The notes below the pieces were generated by a model. The model had not been told where the DNA came from. It searched no databases and saw only the letters and a list, made by a program, of their open reading frames with translations. Both the position numbers and the translations under genes were made by a program. A DNA stretch of 64,000 nt from an uncultured Planctomycetota bacterium (GTDB lineage: Bacteria; Planctomycetota; Planctomycetia; Isosphaerales; Isosphaeraceae): positions 160,001-224,000 of the forward strand of contig CAWGMQ010000003.1 of assembly GCA_963823665.1 (NCBI GenBank), given 5' to 3'. Of the stretch, positions 42,686-54,085 are shown one piece after another. Numbering within the stretch: the stretch's first letter is position 1; each line of letters starts with the position of its first letter.

Positions 42686-44347
42686 ATGTCACGAACCGAC
42701 CCAACCTTGATCAGTCAGATCTCCAAGAAGCACCGGGACGTTGTCCACGCGATTCTCGAGCACCAGGGCGGAAACCTCTCCAGGGACCAGTTCTACCGCC
42801 GGACCAAGAAGCAATGGAAGACAGAGCGCGGGACCCTGGATACCGCCACGGAGTATGTGGAAAGCCTGAGCCAGTTCGAGACTGTCTACGGGTGCACGCA
42901 TGAAGAAGCCGAGGCGATGGTGGTCGCTGTTATCTACAAGTCATGTCTCCTGGACCGCGGTGTCGCCCGGCGGATCATGACCGAAGACGCCAACGAATTG
43001 GAAGCTGCACTAAGCCTCAGCGCTCGCCTCGATTGGATCGACAACTGTTACCCGTCCCAACCATGGGGCGAGTCGTATCCTGACATCTGGTTCGCTCTGC
43101 GGGGGCTCGCTGCAGGCGACATCGACGTCGCCCGCGCCATCTTCCGGGCTCGGCACCACGACTCCGACCGCGGCCACAAGCCGACCGTTCTGGTTTACGA
43201 CGCCGTCGAGGCCATCGTGATCAAAGATCGACCGGCGCAGGCGCGCATTGCCCCCAGAATCGCCAGGTGCAAAATGCCGGACTGGTTCCAAGCCATCCTC
43301 GAGACACTCGAAGGCATCATCGAGGCCGACTCCTCACTCGTCGCCGCAGGGCTCGAACGGGTCCTGGCCACGTTCCAACGTCAGTCTGACGCGCTCGACT
43401 TCGAGTTGATCATCTCCCTCCACGCCCATGCGCTTGCCGAGCTAGCCTACTGGGTCTCACCGAAGCTGCTTGCGAAGTTCGATGTGGACCGGCCGCTTCC
43501 CTGGGACCGTGGCTACTACCACTGGCCCAGGCGGAAACCTCGGTCAACCGAATATCGAGACCTCTCCGCTTATTCCAAACTGTTGAACCGTTGGGTTCAT
43601 GATCTGGAAGAGCCCGATTGGTGGCATCGCGCGCTCGAATCGGCCGAGGAAAAGCAACCGGCGCCCGGTTCCGCATCGATTTCGGAGGAAGCTGGCAGCG
43701 GGGTATCCGAAGCAGTTCCCATGCCTGTGGATCGTCCCGCTGCTATTCTGATGATCCGTGCCGAAGCCCCAGCCAGAAGGAAAGAGGCCCACCACGCGCT
43801 TGAGCGTCGCGATATCGGCCGGACGGAACGGGAGACTTCGTCGGGTAGCGGCGAGGAGATGATTCCCTGGCTGAAGGACGATTTGATGTGTAGCGGCGAC
43901 ACCCGCCCCTGGCTTCTCAGTGTGCGGTTCAAACGCGAGGGCTGGATTCATTGTATCGAATCCAGGCCGGGTCTCGTCTCCGTCGAACGGCTCGCCGGCA
44001 ACGGGGAACTTCAGGTTCTCACCGCCCGCTTCGATCCCGAAGAAAACCGCACTGTTGCGCAATTCTTCAAGGGCGGAAAGATCGCGGCCGAGCTCACTCT
44101 TGCCGGGAAAGGAGACGATTCGCTCGATGTGCTCGAGTTCAAGTCATCGGTCAAGACAAAGGCGTTTCTCAAGCGCTGCCGAACGGTGCGGCAAGCCCTC
44201 GACGGTTTCTTCGCGGAGTTTGACGCCAGTCCACGCGACCTTGTCGTGATTGAAGCGAAGGGCGGTCTCAGGCTGATGGCCTCGGACGGAAAAGCCGCTC
44301 GCGCCGCCGAGCTGGACGAAGTGGCTCTCACCTACTATGAGCCCTGA
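42686..44347 (+). CDS. two-domain hypothetical protein; N-terminal helical domain possibly Imm49-like
   Basis: 553-aa ORF with AGGA upstream. Two domains joined by a P/A/E/S-rich linker. The immunity similarity is an impression only. Confidence 0.55.
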   Translation: MSRTDPTLISQISKKHRDVVHAILEHQGGNLSRDQFYRRTKKQWKTERGTLDTATEYVESLSQFETVYGCTHEEAEAMVVAVIYKSCLLDRGVARRIMTEDANELEAALSLSARLDWIDNCYPSQPWGESYPDIWFALRGLAAGDIDVARAIFRARHHDSDRGHKPTVLVYDAVEAIVIKDRPAQARIAPRIARCKMPDWFQAILETLEGIIEADSSLVAAGLERVLATFQRQSDALDFELIISLHAHALAELAYWVSPKLLAKFDVDRPLPWDRGYYHWPRRKPRSTEYRDLSAYSKLLNRWVHDLEEPDWWHRALESAEEKQPAPGSASISEEAGSGVSEAVPMPVDRPAAILMIRAEAPARRKEAHHALERRDIGRTERETSSGSGEEMIPWLKDDLMCSGDTRPWLLSVRFKREGWIHCIESRPGLVSVERLAGNGELQVLTARFDPEENRTVAQFFKGGKIAAELTLAGKGDDSLDVLEFKSSVKTKAFLKRCRTVRQALDGFFAEFDASPRDLVVIEAKGGLRLMASDGKAARAAELDEVALTYYEP

Positions 44348-44464
44348 CGGCTGCCGAGAATCCCGCCGGCGTGCACCGCTCACAGGCGATTCGGATCGTT
44401 CGTCTTGTGCTGCAACCATCAAGTACACCATCGTCAACTACCCCAACCTCCAGAACGGATACAC

Positions 44465-44635
44465 GGGATGCCAGACACCCACCGTCTGCGGAACGTCGGA
44501 CCCTCGCCTTATGCGTGCTGGAAATGACCAGAGGCCGTGGTTTTGCGCCGAACGTGCGAGCCGCGAATGAATGTGTGCGGGGGACCACGACAAAAGGATG
44601 GGTGTCTGGAATCCTTCTGGAATCCTGGAATCCCC
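44465..44635. repeat. intron-free copy 2 of the ~150-bp AGACACCC...GGGTGTCT element
   Basis: Aligns with 34684-34845. Ends in reiterated CTGGAATCC. Confidence 0.88.
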
Positions 44636-44717
44636 GTCGAGGCCGGAAAACCGCAGCCCGGCCCCACGGGGCGGTACCCCCGTAGGAGCCAGGCCAGGGC
44701 CACCCGACGGCGACGAC

Positions 44718-44951
44718 TCAGAACACACGCGTACGAACGGCAGACGCCGCCAGGTCACGATTGGTTCCTCCCAGATTCTCATCCAAGCGGCAGGCGCGGC
44801 AACGGTCCGCGAGATTGGCGAGATCCAACGCCGCGCCACAACGAGAACAGCGAGGCGGCCGGCTCAGCGCCCAGATCGCCACAGCAACGATCGCCGCACT
44901 AAGGGTCGCCCCCACAAACACTCCCGCACCAAAAATGAACGCCCAATTCAC
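44718..44951 (-). CDS. small membrane protein with zinc ribbon
   Basis: N-terminal TM, then CSRC...CRAC. GGAGG RBS. Confidence 0.5.
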   Translation of the reverse strand: MNWAFIFGAGVFVGATLSAAIVAVAIWALSRPPRCSRCGAALDLANLADRCRACRLDENLGGTNRDLAASAVRTRVF

Positions 44952-45545
44952 CGTTGATTCCTCCGAAACTGATCGACCGAGATGTTCACCGCCGCCAGCG
45001 CAGCGACGGCCAGCAGCGCACCCACCACGATCGCCTTACGCATCGCCCGGCCTCCCCTGGCCTCGTTCGACGGCCGGGACCTTGGCGCCCGCGTCGAGCA
45101 CTTCGGCTCTTCGCGCCGCATACGAGCGATACTCCGGGCCGTCGCACTCCGGACACGCACCGTTGCCTCGCCGCCTCATGCCGTTGCAAGAACGGCACAC
45201 CACGAGTGCCGCATCACGCCGCGATTCCCGGTGCGTGCCCAGGATCTCGCCCGCGACCACGACCATCTTGGTGAACGACCAGGCCCCGCCATGGGCTTAG
45301 GCACGACCAGGTCAGGGCGCGGCTCCTGGACCGTCGGCCGGCCCGGCGTAGCAGGCACACTCCGTGCGCCGCCCGCCGGTTTTGCTTTGGCCTTCTTGCC
45401 GGGCGCCGGCTTGGCCGGGACCTTGATCTCGAGGAGCCGGCGCACCGCGCTGGCCAGGGCCGAGCCTTCGAAGAGCGGCTTTTTCGAGCGCCCCAGACAA
45501 ACACCCGTTGGAGTCGGTTCTGTGGACGACAGACCAGGGCGTTGT

Positions 45546-45655
45546 CAGGTCGATTGCGGAGCACGCAATGCAGGTGGTTGCTCATAATGGCATAACCGCA
45601 CACTTAAGCGCCGAAGAGTCCGGCGAGGGCGCGTAGCCGATCGAGAATCCAGGCC
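45546..45655 (-). pseudogene. Y1/RAYT-like transposase internal fragment including the HUH motif
   Basis: WILDRLRALAGLFGA*VCGYAIMSNHLHCVLRNRPD. Begins directly after GGCAGACACCCAC. Confidence 0.75.
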
Positions 45656-45680
45656 GTGGGTGTCTGCCTCCACTCACCGA

Positions 45681-46201
45681 TCAACCCGGCGTGAACGTCA
45701 TCGTCGCTTGACCGGACACAAAGTACGGGAAGCTGTACGTTGGAGTCTGGGTGATCGTGACCGCGCCCGTACCACCTTTGAAAGCGGAGTCGCTGCCGAA
45801 CGCGCGAACAACCTTGTAGGTGTATGTCCCGGCGGTGTCCGACCGAAGAACGTTGAGGATCATCGTGCCGCCGCTGTTGTGCATGATGAACTGGCCGGCC
45901 GCGCGCCGAACCGAGCGCCTGGGCGCGCAAATAACGTGCCATGCAGATGAGTTGAGCCGACGCCGCTCAAGCTTCCGGATGTGGCGTAGTTCAGGAGGTA
46001 GCCGGCGAACGGGATGTGAACGTTGCTGTAAGATCCCATCATCGTCCCGCTAAACTCGGCGGCCGCCTGCACGACGAATGGGGCGGCGGTCTCGTGAGGC
46101 GCCACGTGGTGGCCAGCCAACCCGGCGGAGAGCAGAGTCTTCCCTTCGAGCGATTCCACGCGTGGGTCCAAGCGGCGAAGATTCTTGTTGTACGTCTGCA
46201 T
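45681..46201 (-). CDS. planctomycete-type secreted protein (ESLExxxLLS N-terminal motif); frameshift near 45915
   Basis: RRLDPRVESLEGKTLLS followed by a beta-rich G/S/T domain. Confidence 0.7.
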
Positions 46202-46397
46202 GACATTCCACCGCATTTGGTTGAGAAGGAGCCGCCAGTATTGCCATACCTGTATACGCACGCACAGGCATCGGGATTCAGGAACTCAGAGATGGGCACA
46301 GCAAGCCCGTAGCTGAATGTACTGGCAAGAGCCGTGCCGATTACGGGGGAACGGGGAGATCGGCGGACGGAGCCGCCGCCAACGCGGGGATCCGGGG

Positions 46398-46494
46398 ACT
46401 GGATCTCGGTCAGGAACTGTTCGCCCAAGCCCAACCGCTGGTTCTCGTACCAGGTATACGCTTCGTCTATGTCGTCCCGAACGTCCGCCAACAC
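46398..46494 (-). pseudogene. ParE-family toxin fragment
   Basis: DVRDDIDEAYTWYENQRLGLGEQFLTEIQ, then sequence similarity stops. Confidence 0.7.
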
Positions 46495-46782
46495 TCCGCG
46501 CTCCGGCCCGCCGAGCGCACGAGCTGACGAAGACCGGAGCCCGCCTCGATTCGCCGGAGTGCCCGTCGCGCGACGCTCCGTTGCAATGCGTGTCTTCTTC
46601 GTGCGACGCCAGTTATCCTGCTGAATCCTTGCCGGTGATCAACGCCGGGTTCAGACAGGCCAGCGGATCACAGGCGGTCGTCACTACCGCCACGTCGCGG
46701 GCGAGCTTGATCTCCGCCACGAACGGGCGCAGCCCGAGATACTCGCCGCAAGCTCGTCGCGATCGAGACTAGCATGACTCCG

Positions 46783-47415
46783 TCACATCCGCGCGATTGG
46801 CTCCAAGCGGCCGATGGCGATTGGGACCGAATGAAAAACGTCTCCAGGACCAAATTGAAAAGCCGTCGGGATGCCAGTCGTCTGATCGACCTGGAAATGG
46901 ATCGTGCCCTTTCCCACGCCGGTTATCTGCTTACCATCAGGCAACTGGCGGGAGTCGTCGTAATGGAGGATATCGCACGAGTCGTAGGCACGCACCGCGC
47001 TCAAACCCGCCTCAATAACCTCCGGGGCGCTCGCCACCACGAAAACGTGCGCCGTGTCACCACCGGGATCGCTCTCCGGCAGGAGCCAGGCGATGATGTC
47101 TCCCCGGCGGCTATCAGCAAGGCGCTCGGTAGAGCGCCAGCCGCCTGATCCATGCGCCGACAAAGAAGCAAAATATTCGTAATACTTGATCGCTCCGGGC
47201 ACGGGGCGGCCAGGCGACTCGGGGATCAACTCGAAATGTTCAAGAGCGATGCGCTCGAGAACGTGGCCCACGAACCCGGAACAATCGACGTCGTAAGTGC
47301 CCGTCCTGGCATCGATGTCATAGGGCGGGTGCTGATACCGGGTGTGCCTCGTGTTGTCGACAATGCGCTCCGCCTCGGCGGCGACTTGCGCGGCGTGCGA
47401 CGCTTCTTTTGACAT
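46783..47415 (-). CDS. NlpC/P60-like cysteine hydrolase
   Basis: DCSGFV (catalytic Cys), RRGDIIAW, TAHVFVV (catalytic His). No signal peptide. Confidence 0.7.
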   Translation of the reverse strand: MSKEASHAAQVAAEAERIVDNTRHTRYQHPPYDIDARTGTYDVDCSGFVGHVLERIALEHFELIPESPGRPVPGAIKYYEYFASLSAHGSGGWRSTERLADSRRGDIIAWLLPESDPGGDTAHVFVVASAPEVIEAGLSAVRAYDSCDILHYDDSRQLPDGKQITGVGKGTIHFQVDQTTGIPTAFQFGPGDVFHSVPIAIGRLEPIARM

Positions 47416-47662
47416 GATGTTCCTCGCGCCGAAATCCACGAACACAACGAAGTGGTTCTCGGTGACCGAGGCCGATGGAAGTGGCCGGCTTTCTCGGCTT
47501 CCTAGATAACAGATCACTGACCGTAGAACAATCAGGCTCTACCCCTCTGAAGCGGACGAGTGGTCTGAACGAGATCAAGGCGCGGCTCGAAGGGTCGGTT
47601 AACGCGGCGGCCGGTGCGCCACGCGGATCAGCCATGGGCGCGCAGACGGCGTTGGCCCCGTC

Positions 47663-50600
47663 TCAATTGGCGTACACCAGCGCGCGCCAGGTGTTCGCGC
47701 CGACGACCCCGTCTGATGTCAGCGTCTTGCCGTCGCGATCAACGTGCGCTGCTTGAAACGCCTTCACTGCCTGGACCGTGGCGTCGTCGAAGGTTCCTGT
47801 GATGCTCGGCGATCCTGCGCCGAAGAGCAGCGTTTGCAACACGGTGACTGCTTGACTCGAGATCCCCTTCTTCAGGGACGGCCACCTGAAGACCGTTGAC
47901 CGCAGACTCATGTCCAGAATCGCTCCGCCGCTGGTGAGGATCCGCGGGTAGATGAGCTGCTCGAGGGGCAGTCCCATTTTCAGCACACGCGATGCAAAGA
48001 GAAAAAGCATCTCGTTGGCCTGGTTTCGGGGAATCAGACCTGGGTTGCCGGCTTCCTTCATGCGCGAATCCAGCGCAGCCTGGGCGAAATCTGGTGCTGC
48101 GCAGTCGCGGCGAAATTTCGGCCAGCCTGGGGCGAAGTACGGTCCCAGGGCCCAACCCATGCTGAGTAGCCCGAGCTGTGCATCGGCCGGCCAGCCGCCA
48201 AAGCTGCTAAACTCCGAGGTCCGCACCAGCACTTGTTCGAACTCATTGCGCACTGCGCTGACCAGTCTTGCAATGACGTCGTCGCTGAGCCGTAACCTGG
48301 TGATCGGTTCAAACGTCGTGTAGGATTTACCCTTGAGGTCCTGGCGCGACTGGACAGTCTGCCACTCGGCGGTGATAGTGGCCGCGTCGGCTCGGGCGTG
48401 GGTGTCCTTGTCGGTCCAGCCTAGCTGCAATGTCGGGGCCGTGAGCGGGTCGATCTTGTTGCCTATCCCGGTCGAAACATAGCCGAGGATATCGAGGTAC
48501 ATCCAGTGGACTTTGCCCTCGAACTGCGCCGAAAAGTCGAAGAAGACGTCCCGAACGCTCTGGTTCGCAGAGGAGCTCCACGCACCGGACGCCGACTGGA
48601 GACCAGATCCAGGCCCCTCGGCTTGGACGCCGGCTTCCGGAGCGTACGCGGAGCGCGGGGCCCAGGGCAATTCGGTCGCTGCCGGCCCGAATGGCGGCGA
48701 CTCGCCGGCATCTTCTGCCTCTCTTTGTTGGGCGACTTCCCGGCAGAGACGCGCGACAAGCCGTAAATAGCTGGAGATCGGCATGTCAGAGCCGTGGATC
48801 CGGATCGAGCGCCGGCCCACCTTGCCCAGCAGCGCCGCAAGCACTGCCTGCTGGAGCTCCGAAGAGGCAAGCAGCCAGTGGATTGCGACGACCGCGGGCG
48901 TGCGCCCGAAGGCCGACGTGATTTCGTCGGCGGTCAGGTTGGCATGCTCTGGCGCCATGGCAGACCTGATACCGAGGTAGGGGTCGAGCTCGGGCGATTC
49001 GGCAACCCCCGATTCCCATTCGCTGGCTTCCTGCATCGCTCGTTCCTGACTCGGCGTAGCAAACAGCGACTCGGCCGCGATGTTGGCCTCCATCGACGAG
49101 AAGGCGCCTTCCATTTCACCCTCCATCTCGCCTGCCATCTCGCCGGTCTCCCCGAGCGAGAACGGGCTCGCCGGCTGCCGGAAACCACCAGCCGTCTCGG
49201 CCAGGCTCGTTTGGGGCAGAGCTTCCCCTTGCTGGGCCGAACCAGGAACACCACACACACACGATCCCGGCTTCAATTCGCCGAAGGAAATGGAAAAGAG
49301 GTCCGATCCTCGGCGGTTGCCAACAATGCACTGCACGCCCGAGTCGTTGCAGTCGGTATCGGGGCAGTTGGTGATCACGGGCCGTGGATTGATGAAGCTG
49401 CGCCAGATCGGCGAATTGAATTCGACGTTGACCTGCCCAGGCATCCAGAAACCCTTGCCGACCTCGACGCTCCCCTCGAACACCTGCAGCCTCCTGGGGC
49501 GCGTTAGATCGAAACGTGCGGGCTTGCCCGGCGTATCACTTTCGATCGGCTGGATCGCGGTCTGTACGACCCCGGGGATCACGCTCTTGATTCGCTCCCT
49601 GAGCTGCTTCTTGAGACCCTCAGGCAGAAGGCGCAGCGGCGAAATCTTGCCGAACGCGTCGTCGATCAAATCATCGAGTTTGCGCGCGGCACCGAGATCC
49701 GCAGCGCTGTACCCGAGTAGCACAGGACGAGCGCCCGCGCATTTTGCTCTTTACGTTCACGAATCTCGAATACACCAGTCTCGTGGACAAACTCCCCGGG
49801 AAACAGCTTCAGCATCTCGCTCAACCCGCTCACCAGGCTTTCAAGCTTGGGCAAGCCCTTGAGCAACCGGTCAATTAGCTTTGAAATGCCCTTCTTCACC
49901 AAGGTCTGGAGCGGGCCCCGAAGCCGATCGGGTACGCGCGGTAATCCCTTTTTCAACAACTCGCCCAGTAACTCGGTGACGGCGGGTATCGTGTGGAAGG
50001 AGCAGCACCTGATCGTATACTTGTCCCAGCCTGGGTCCTCGGTCGGAATCGGTTGCGGCGGATTGTTGGGTGCGTGAACCTGTATCAGCACCGATCGCCA
50101 CTCATCGAGCTCGCATTGACTGCCGTTGCAAGTCGCGCGCGTGAAGCCTTCACCCGACGAATTGATCTGCACTCGGTTGAGGACGCCGGTTTGCAAGAGC
50201 GCTTGGCGCAGATTACTCGCGGCACAAATTGCCCGCTTGCAAGACAGCACGTCGTTGTACGTTTTTCCCCCGGTACGGCTGGCCGATCCTGTGATTGTGA
50301 CGGCGATGCCCTGGTCGGTTGTTGCCGCGCGATTGACGATGAACTCGCGAATCCTTGTCAGCGCTTCTTGGTGTCGCGGCTTGCGTGGTTGATACGCGTT
50401 GATATCGTAATCCGTCAGTTGGAGCGCAAAGTTCGCTCTAGGGTCGCCTTCGGTCCGTTCCCGAAAGAAACCCTCGGGCCTTCCATGCGGCCGGACCTTG
50501 GGGAACGCCGGCTCATTATCAAGGCAGTCTACCGATACTTTCGAGCAATCCAGCCCTGCTGAAACGAGGTTCTCGCCTTCGAACGCTTCTGTGGCCTCGA

Positions 50601-51012
50601 GTTCGGTTTCGGTCGAGAGCTCCTCGGGAAAGGACTTGATCGCCGAAGTGCCGCGACCGCAATCGCAAGCGCACGACTTTTCTTGATCGGCGACGCGCTC
50701 GGACTGCGCGGTTACCGAGGCACCGATCCTTGCACTGCTATCCCGAACGGTGTCGCCAAATTCGGTTTGCCAGGTGCCCGGAGGCGCCGCCTGTACGAGA
50801 CCCTCTGATTCCGAGAATGTAGTCTCCAGCGAGACTGCCGACTCGCTGGTGTCCGCGAGTTGAAATGGGCTTTCGAGCTCCCAGTATCGATCCGGCGTGG
50901 CGACTACGGCCGGTCGGACCGCCGCCGTTTCGTGAGTCGTGCGACCGCCGAGCAGAAACGGCGTGTCGCCGGACGAGCCGGAGTCGAAAGCACCGAGGTC
51001 ATTCTTTGGCAT
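47663..51012 (-). CDS. ~1100-aa multidomain protein: acidic leader, OmpA-like domain, second acidic linker, helical domain, lysozyme-like domain, peptidoglycan-binding domain; frameshift near 49685
   Basis: ITGSASRTG...NDVLSCKRA (OmpA-like). FEGKVHWMYLDILGYVSTGIGN (T4/GH24-like E-x8-D-x-T). PSLKKG...LQTLL...GTFDDATVQAVKAFQ...DGVVGANTWRAL (PG_binding_1). Confidence 0.75.
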
Positions 51013-51141
51013 CGCGATCGCCTCAGGATAGATGCCCGATGGGTGGGAGATCCGGTCAATTGCCCTTGCTTCGCATCCGCGGCGCTCGTTCTCAAGCCAG
51101 ATTGTCGGCCGAGGGTTTGTTTGGCACGGGACCGGCTCTGG

Positions 51142-52451
51142 TTACGGGACCGGTAGTTTGGTCGGCCGTCCGTTGCCGCGTTGTGGCGTCCGTTGCGGTG
51201 CAGGAAGCGTGCGCGGCGACGTCGTCGCCCGCTGGGTTGATGCGACTGCCTGCGCCTTCAGATCGTGTCCGGTTGCGAGGTAATACTGATCAATGACTTG
51301 CTCCACGTTCCTTTCCGGCGACGTGCCGAGCTTGTACAGGAGCGCCGCACCAGACGGTGAATTGTAAAGGTTCGCTTCGATCGATTGCATCAGCACGGAC
51401 AACGGGTGAGCCAGGTCGAGCAACGGCTTGGTCCTCGAGTGCGCCCTCATGCCAACACGCTCCGCAATCTTGATCAACCGTTGCTCGGGGCTCGACGCCG
51501 TCGCCCTCAAGTCCTGAACGACTGGCGAATCGAAGGCGATGGCGAGCCACATGAAAGACATGACCGATACTGCACGGAACTCTTCGCGCGACATGTTTCC
51601 GTTCAAGCGCCGCGTCGCCATCATGTCGTAGATCCGGCGCGCCAGGGTGGCGATCGCCGCGGGGTCTGCGTCGTTGGGTCCGCTCGAGTTGTTCGCGTTG
51701 ATGATTCCGCGCCACACTTCGCGCAACATCGCCTCGAGAGTCGGGATAAAGTCGCGATTGGAGGCTGCCGGCTTTTGATAGGGATGCTTTTCGACGAGTT
51801 CCGGCGCGTGTGACAGGTCGATACCGAACATCCAGTAATAAACCGTCAACCGGTTTGCGGTCTCGTCCCTGCGCGTGCGCCCGACGTGGTCCAGACCATT
51901 GTCGGCAGCGCATCGCCGTAGATGAGACACTCGAGATTGCGCCAGAAGAGTTGGCTTGCGGGGCTTGGCGTCTCGAGCTCCTCACTAAACGTATAGGTCT
52001 CGAGGACTTTACAGAAGATGTCAAAGATTCGCGTATTCTCGACGAGATACGCCCAGATCAGGTGGTCCCAGTTGGTTGCTATGCTTGGGCGTCCGGTCAG
52101 GGGGTCTATCCCGGTGATTCCGGGCTGGCTCAGCGGTGCAGTAAGCGGGCCCGCCAACGGCGCCGGCGGGTTGATCGTCGGGTCGATCACGGACGGTGGC
52201 CCGGGGAGGGCTGGAGGCACGGGCCACTGGTAACCCGTGATAAAATGCTTGTCGTCGAGGATCTGCCTGGTGATCGGCCAGGGCCAGGGAACAAAGGGCG
52301 ACATCGGCCCGGTGTAGCGATTGCGCCAGACAGTCTCGACGATCGCCGCAATCTGTAAAGGATGGTACGTGAACAGGCTGTTGACATGTTGCTGGGCCAG
52401 AGTGCTAGCCGCGACAGATACACCGGGAGGCGTCACGAGCTGCCGGAACAT
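51142..52451 (-). CDS. hypothetical protein, ~436 aa; frameshift near 51875
   Basis: Two overlapping frames join WDHLIWAYLVENTRIFDIF to YYWMFGIDLSH...SREEFRAV...SPEQRLIKIAERVG. No recognisable domain. Confidence 0.75.
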
Positions 52452-52470
52452 GAATGCGATCCTTTCACGC

Positions 52471-52743
52471 TTAGAGCACTTTGCGGGGAGGTGAAAAAGA
52501 CGGGAATGGGGGCCGGCTCAAGTGACCGGCGGCGTCGAGGAAGGTCGGAAGGTGGCCGCCCAAACTTATTTCGAGCCGGATGGCCTGTGCAAGCAGATTC
52601 AGTTGGTGCGGATCGAGGCCCTGAACTGCGGCGAGCTGTGCAAGGATCTCCTGCTCTGCAGGGTCTGGCGCAGGGTTCTCGATCTCGACGATGATGTCGT
52701 CTTCCACGGGATCGCTCCGTTTCCGGCGATATTGGGCGCTCAT
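52471..52743 (-). CDS. small hypothetical protein
   Basis: AAGGAG RBS. 90 aa. Fits exactly between the flanking operon genes. Confidence 0.65.
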   Translation of the reverse strand: MSAQYRRKRSDPVEDDIIVEIENPAPDPAEQEILAQLAAVQGLDPHQLNLLAQAIRLEISLGGHLPTFLDAAGHLSRPPFPSFSPPRKVL

Positions 52744-52786
52744 TCTCGATTCTCCTTTTCCTCATGAGAGGGGTTCGTTGTCTGGG

Positions 52787-54085
52787 TCAGGCCGCCACCT
52801 GCATCATGTTGCCCAGCTTGATCATCATGTCTTCCTGCTGTTTCAGGATCTGGGGCCCGGCTTCGGGCTCAGTCGCGTAGAGCAGCCCCGAAAGGGCGGT
52901 CAGTCGGATGCACTCGGTCCAGATCCAATGGCTGGATGTGAAGGCCGCGCCCCCAGCCTTTTGTTGCAGCTCACGGAGGACGCCGGGCGCAACCCGCTGC
53001 GGGTCCACGATGTCGGCCAGCCGCTGGCCGCGAAAGCACGTCAGTGGCGTGAGCAGGGCCAGATCGACGATGCGCGGTAAGAGCGGCAGAATCGCGGCCA
53101 CTAGACTTCCCGAGAGGGCTGAAGCACTCTTGATGGGATAGAGCTCTTGCCACGCGGTCGCCAGCTCGTCCCATGGCCCCATACCGTAGAAGCGCCGGCA
53201 CATCTCGACTCCGAGCATCACCCGCAGGTAGCTGATCGGGTGCGGATCTCCGGGCAGATATCGGAACACCTGGGCTCCCCGGCCGGCCACGACATCGGAC
53301 AAAGCAACGACGGCCGCGTAACCGCTGTACGCGAAGGCAAAACTATCGGCGGCCATCTCGCTCGACCAGCTTGCAACGTCTTCCGCGACCGCGGCGCCTG
53401 AATCTGGCAATTGCGCAAGAATCGCCCGCGCGAATGCCTCGTTCCAGCCGGTGATACCGGCAAACTGGTGGCCGCACTCGTGGAACAGCGCAGTCGTCCT
53501 GAACCGATTGTGGTAGGTCAGCTTGATGGCAGCGATGCGGCTCAAGGATCCATCCCAGAGCTTGGTCCCGATCCGCATGATCGAGGCACCGATACCCGGT
53601 GCGAAATAGGTCAAGATCGGTGGGGCCTTCAGCCCAAGCCGTTCGAGCGCACCGCTGACCGCACGCCCGGCCATCGTGTCGCAAGCGCGTAGCTGAATGC
53701 TGACCTCGGTGTTGGCGCGCGCTCGCACCGCGTCCACGTAGAAATTGACCAGAAGCTCTGTCTGGAGATACCGGTTGCGCAACTGCGCCACCTGGTCGGC
53801 GATCCGCTCCAGATCGGGGCGAGAGCGTACAGCCTTGAAGGCAGCGCGCACCGCCTGCGACTCAGTCTTTAGTTGATCGCGAGCGTCCTTCAACCCTGCA
53901 CGGAGAGTCACGCCGACATACCGTTCCAGGCTCGCCCATGCGGCCGGGGACGCGGTCGCCTCGAAATCGTCCAGCCGCTCGGCAGCCCCTTCCCAGTGGT
54001 TGAGCTGCCGCAGCACCTGGCGCTTGAGCGCCTGGCCCACTCGATCTGTGACGGACGTTGCTTGAACACTCATAAGCTTAACCAT
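52787..54085 (-). CDS. hypothetical protein with HEXXH zincin-like motif
   Basis: TALFHECGHQ, downstream SEMAADSFA (ExxAD) and DPHP. Overlaps the upstream gene by 8 nt. Confidence 0.75.
   Translation of the reverse strand: MVKLMSVQATSVTDRVGQALKRQVLRQLNHWEGAAERLDDFEATASPAAWASLERYVGVTLRAGLKDARDQLKTESQAVRAAFKAVRSRPDLERIADQVAQLRNRYLQTELLVNFYVDAVRARANTEVSIQLRACDTMAGRAVSGALERLGLKAPPILTYFAPGIGASIMRIGTKLWDGSLSRIAAIKLTYHNRFRTTALFHECGHQFAGITGWNEAFARAILAQLPDSGAAVAEDVASWSSEMAADSFAFAYSGYAAVVALSDVVAGRGAQVFRYLPGDPHPISYLRVMLGVEMCRRFYGMGPWDELATAWQELYPIKSASALSGSLVAAILPLLPRIVDLALLTPLTCFRGQRLADIVDPQRVAPGVLRELQQKAGGAAFTSSHWIWTECIRLTALSGLLYATEPEAGPQILKQQEDMMIKLGNMMQVAA

Noticed and set aside
44948..45500. Small ORFs with CxxC or TM segments, possibly phage-like
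   Set aside because: Reading frames are ambiguous and no family is recognisable.
34700..46700. Integron cassette array
   Set aside because: No tyrosine integrase and no convincing RYYYAAC...GTTRRRY attC sites. Genes are in mixed orientation and often truncated.
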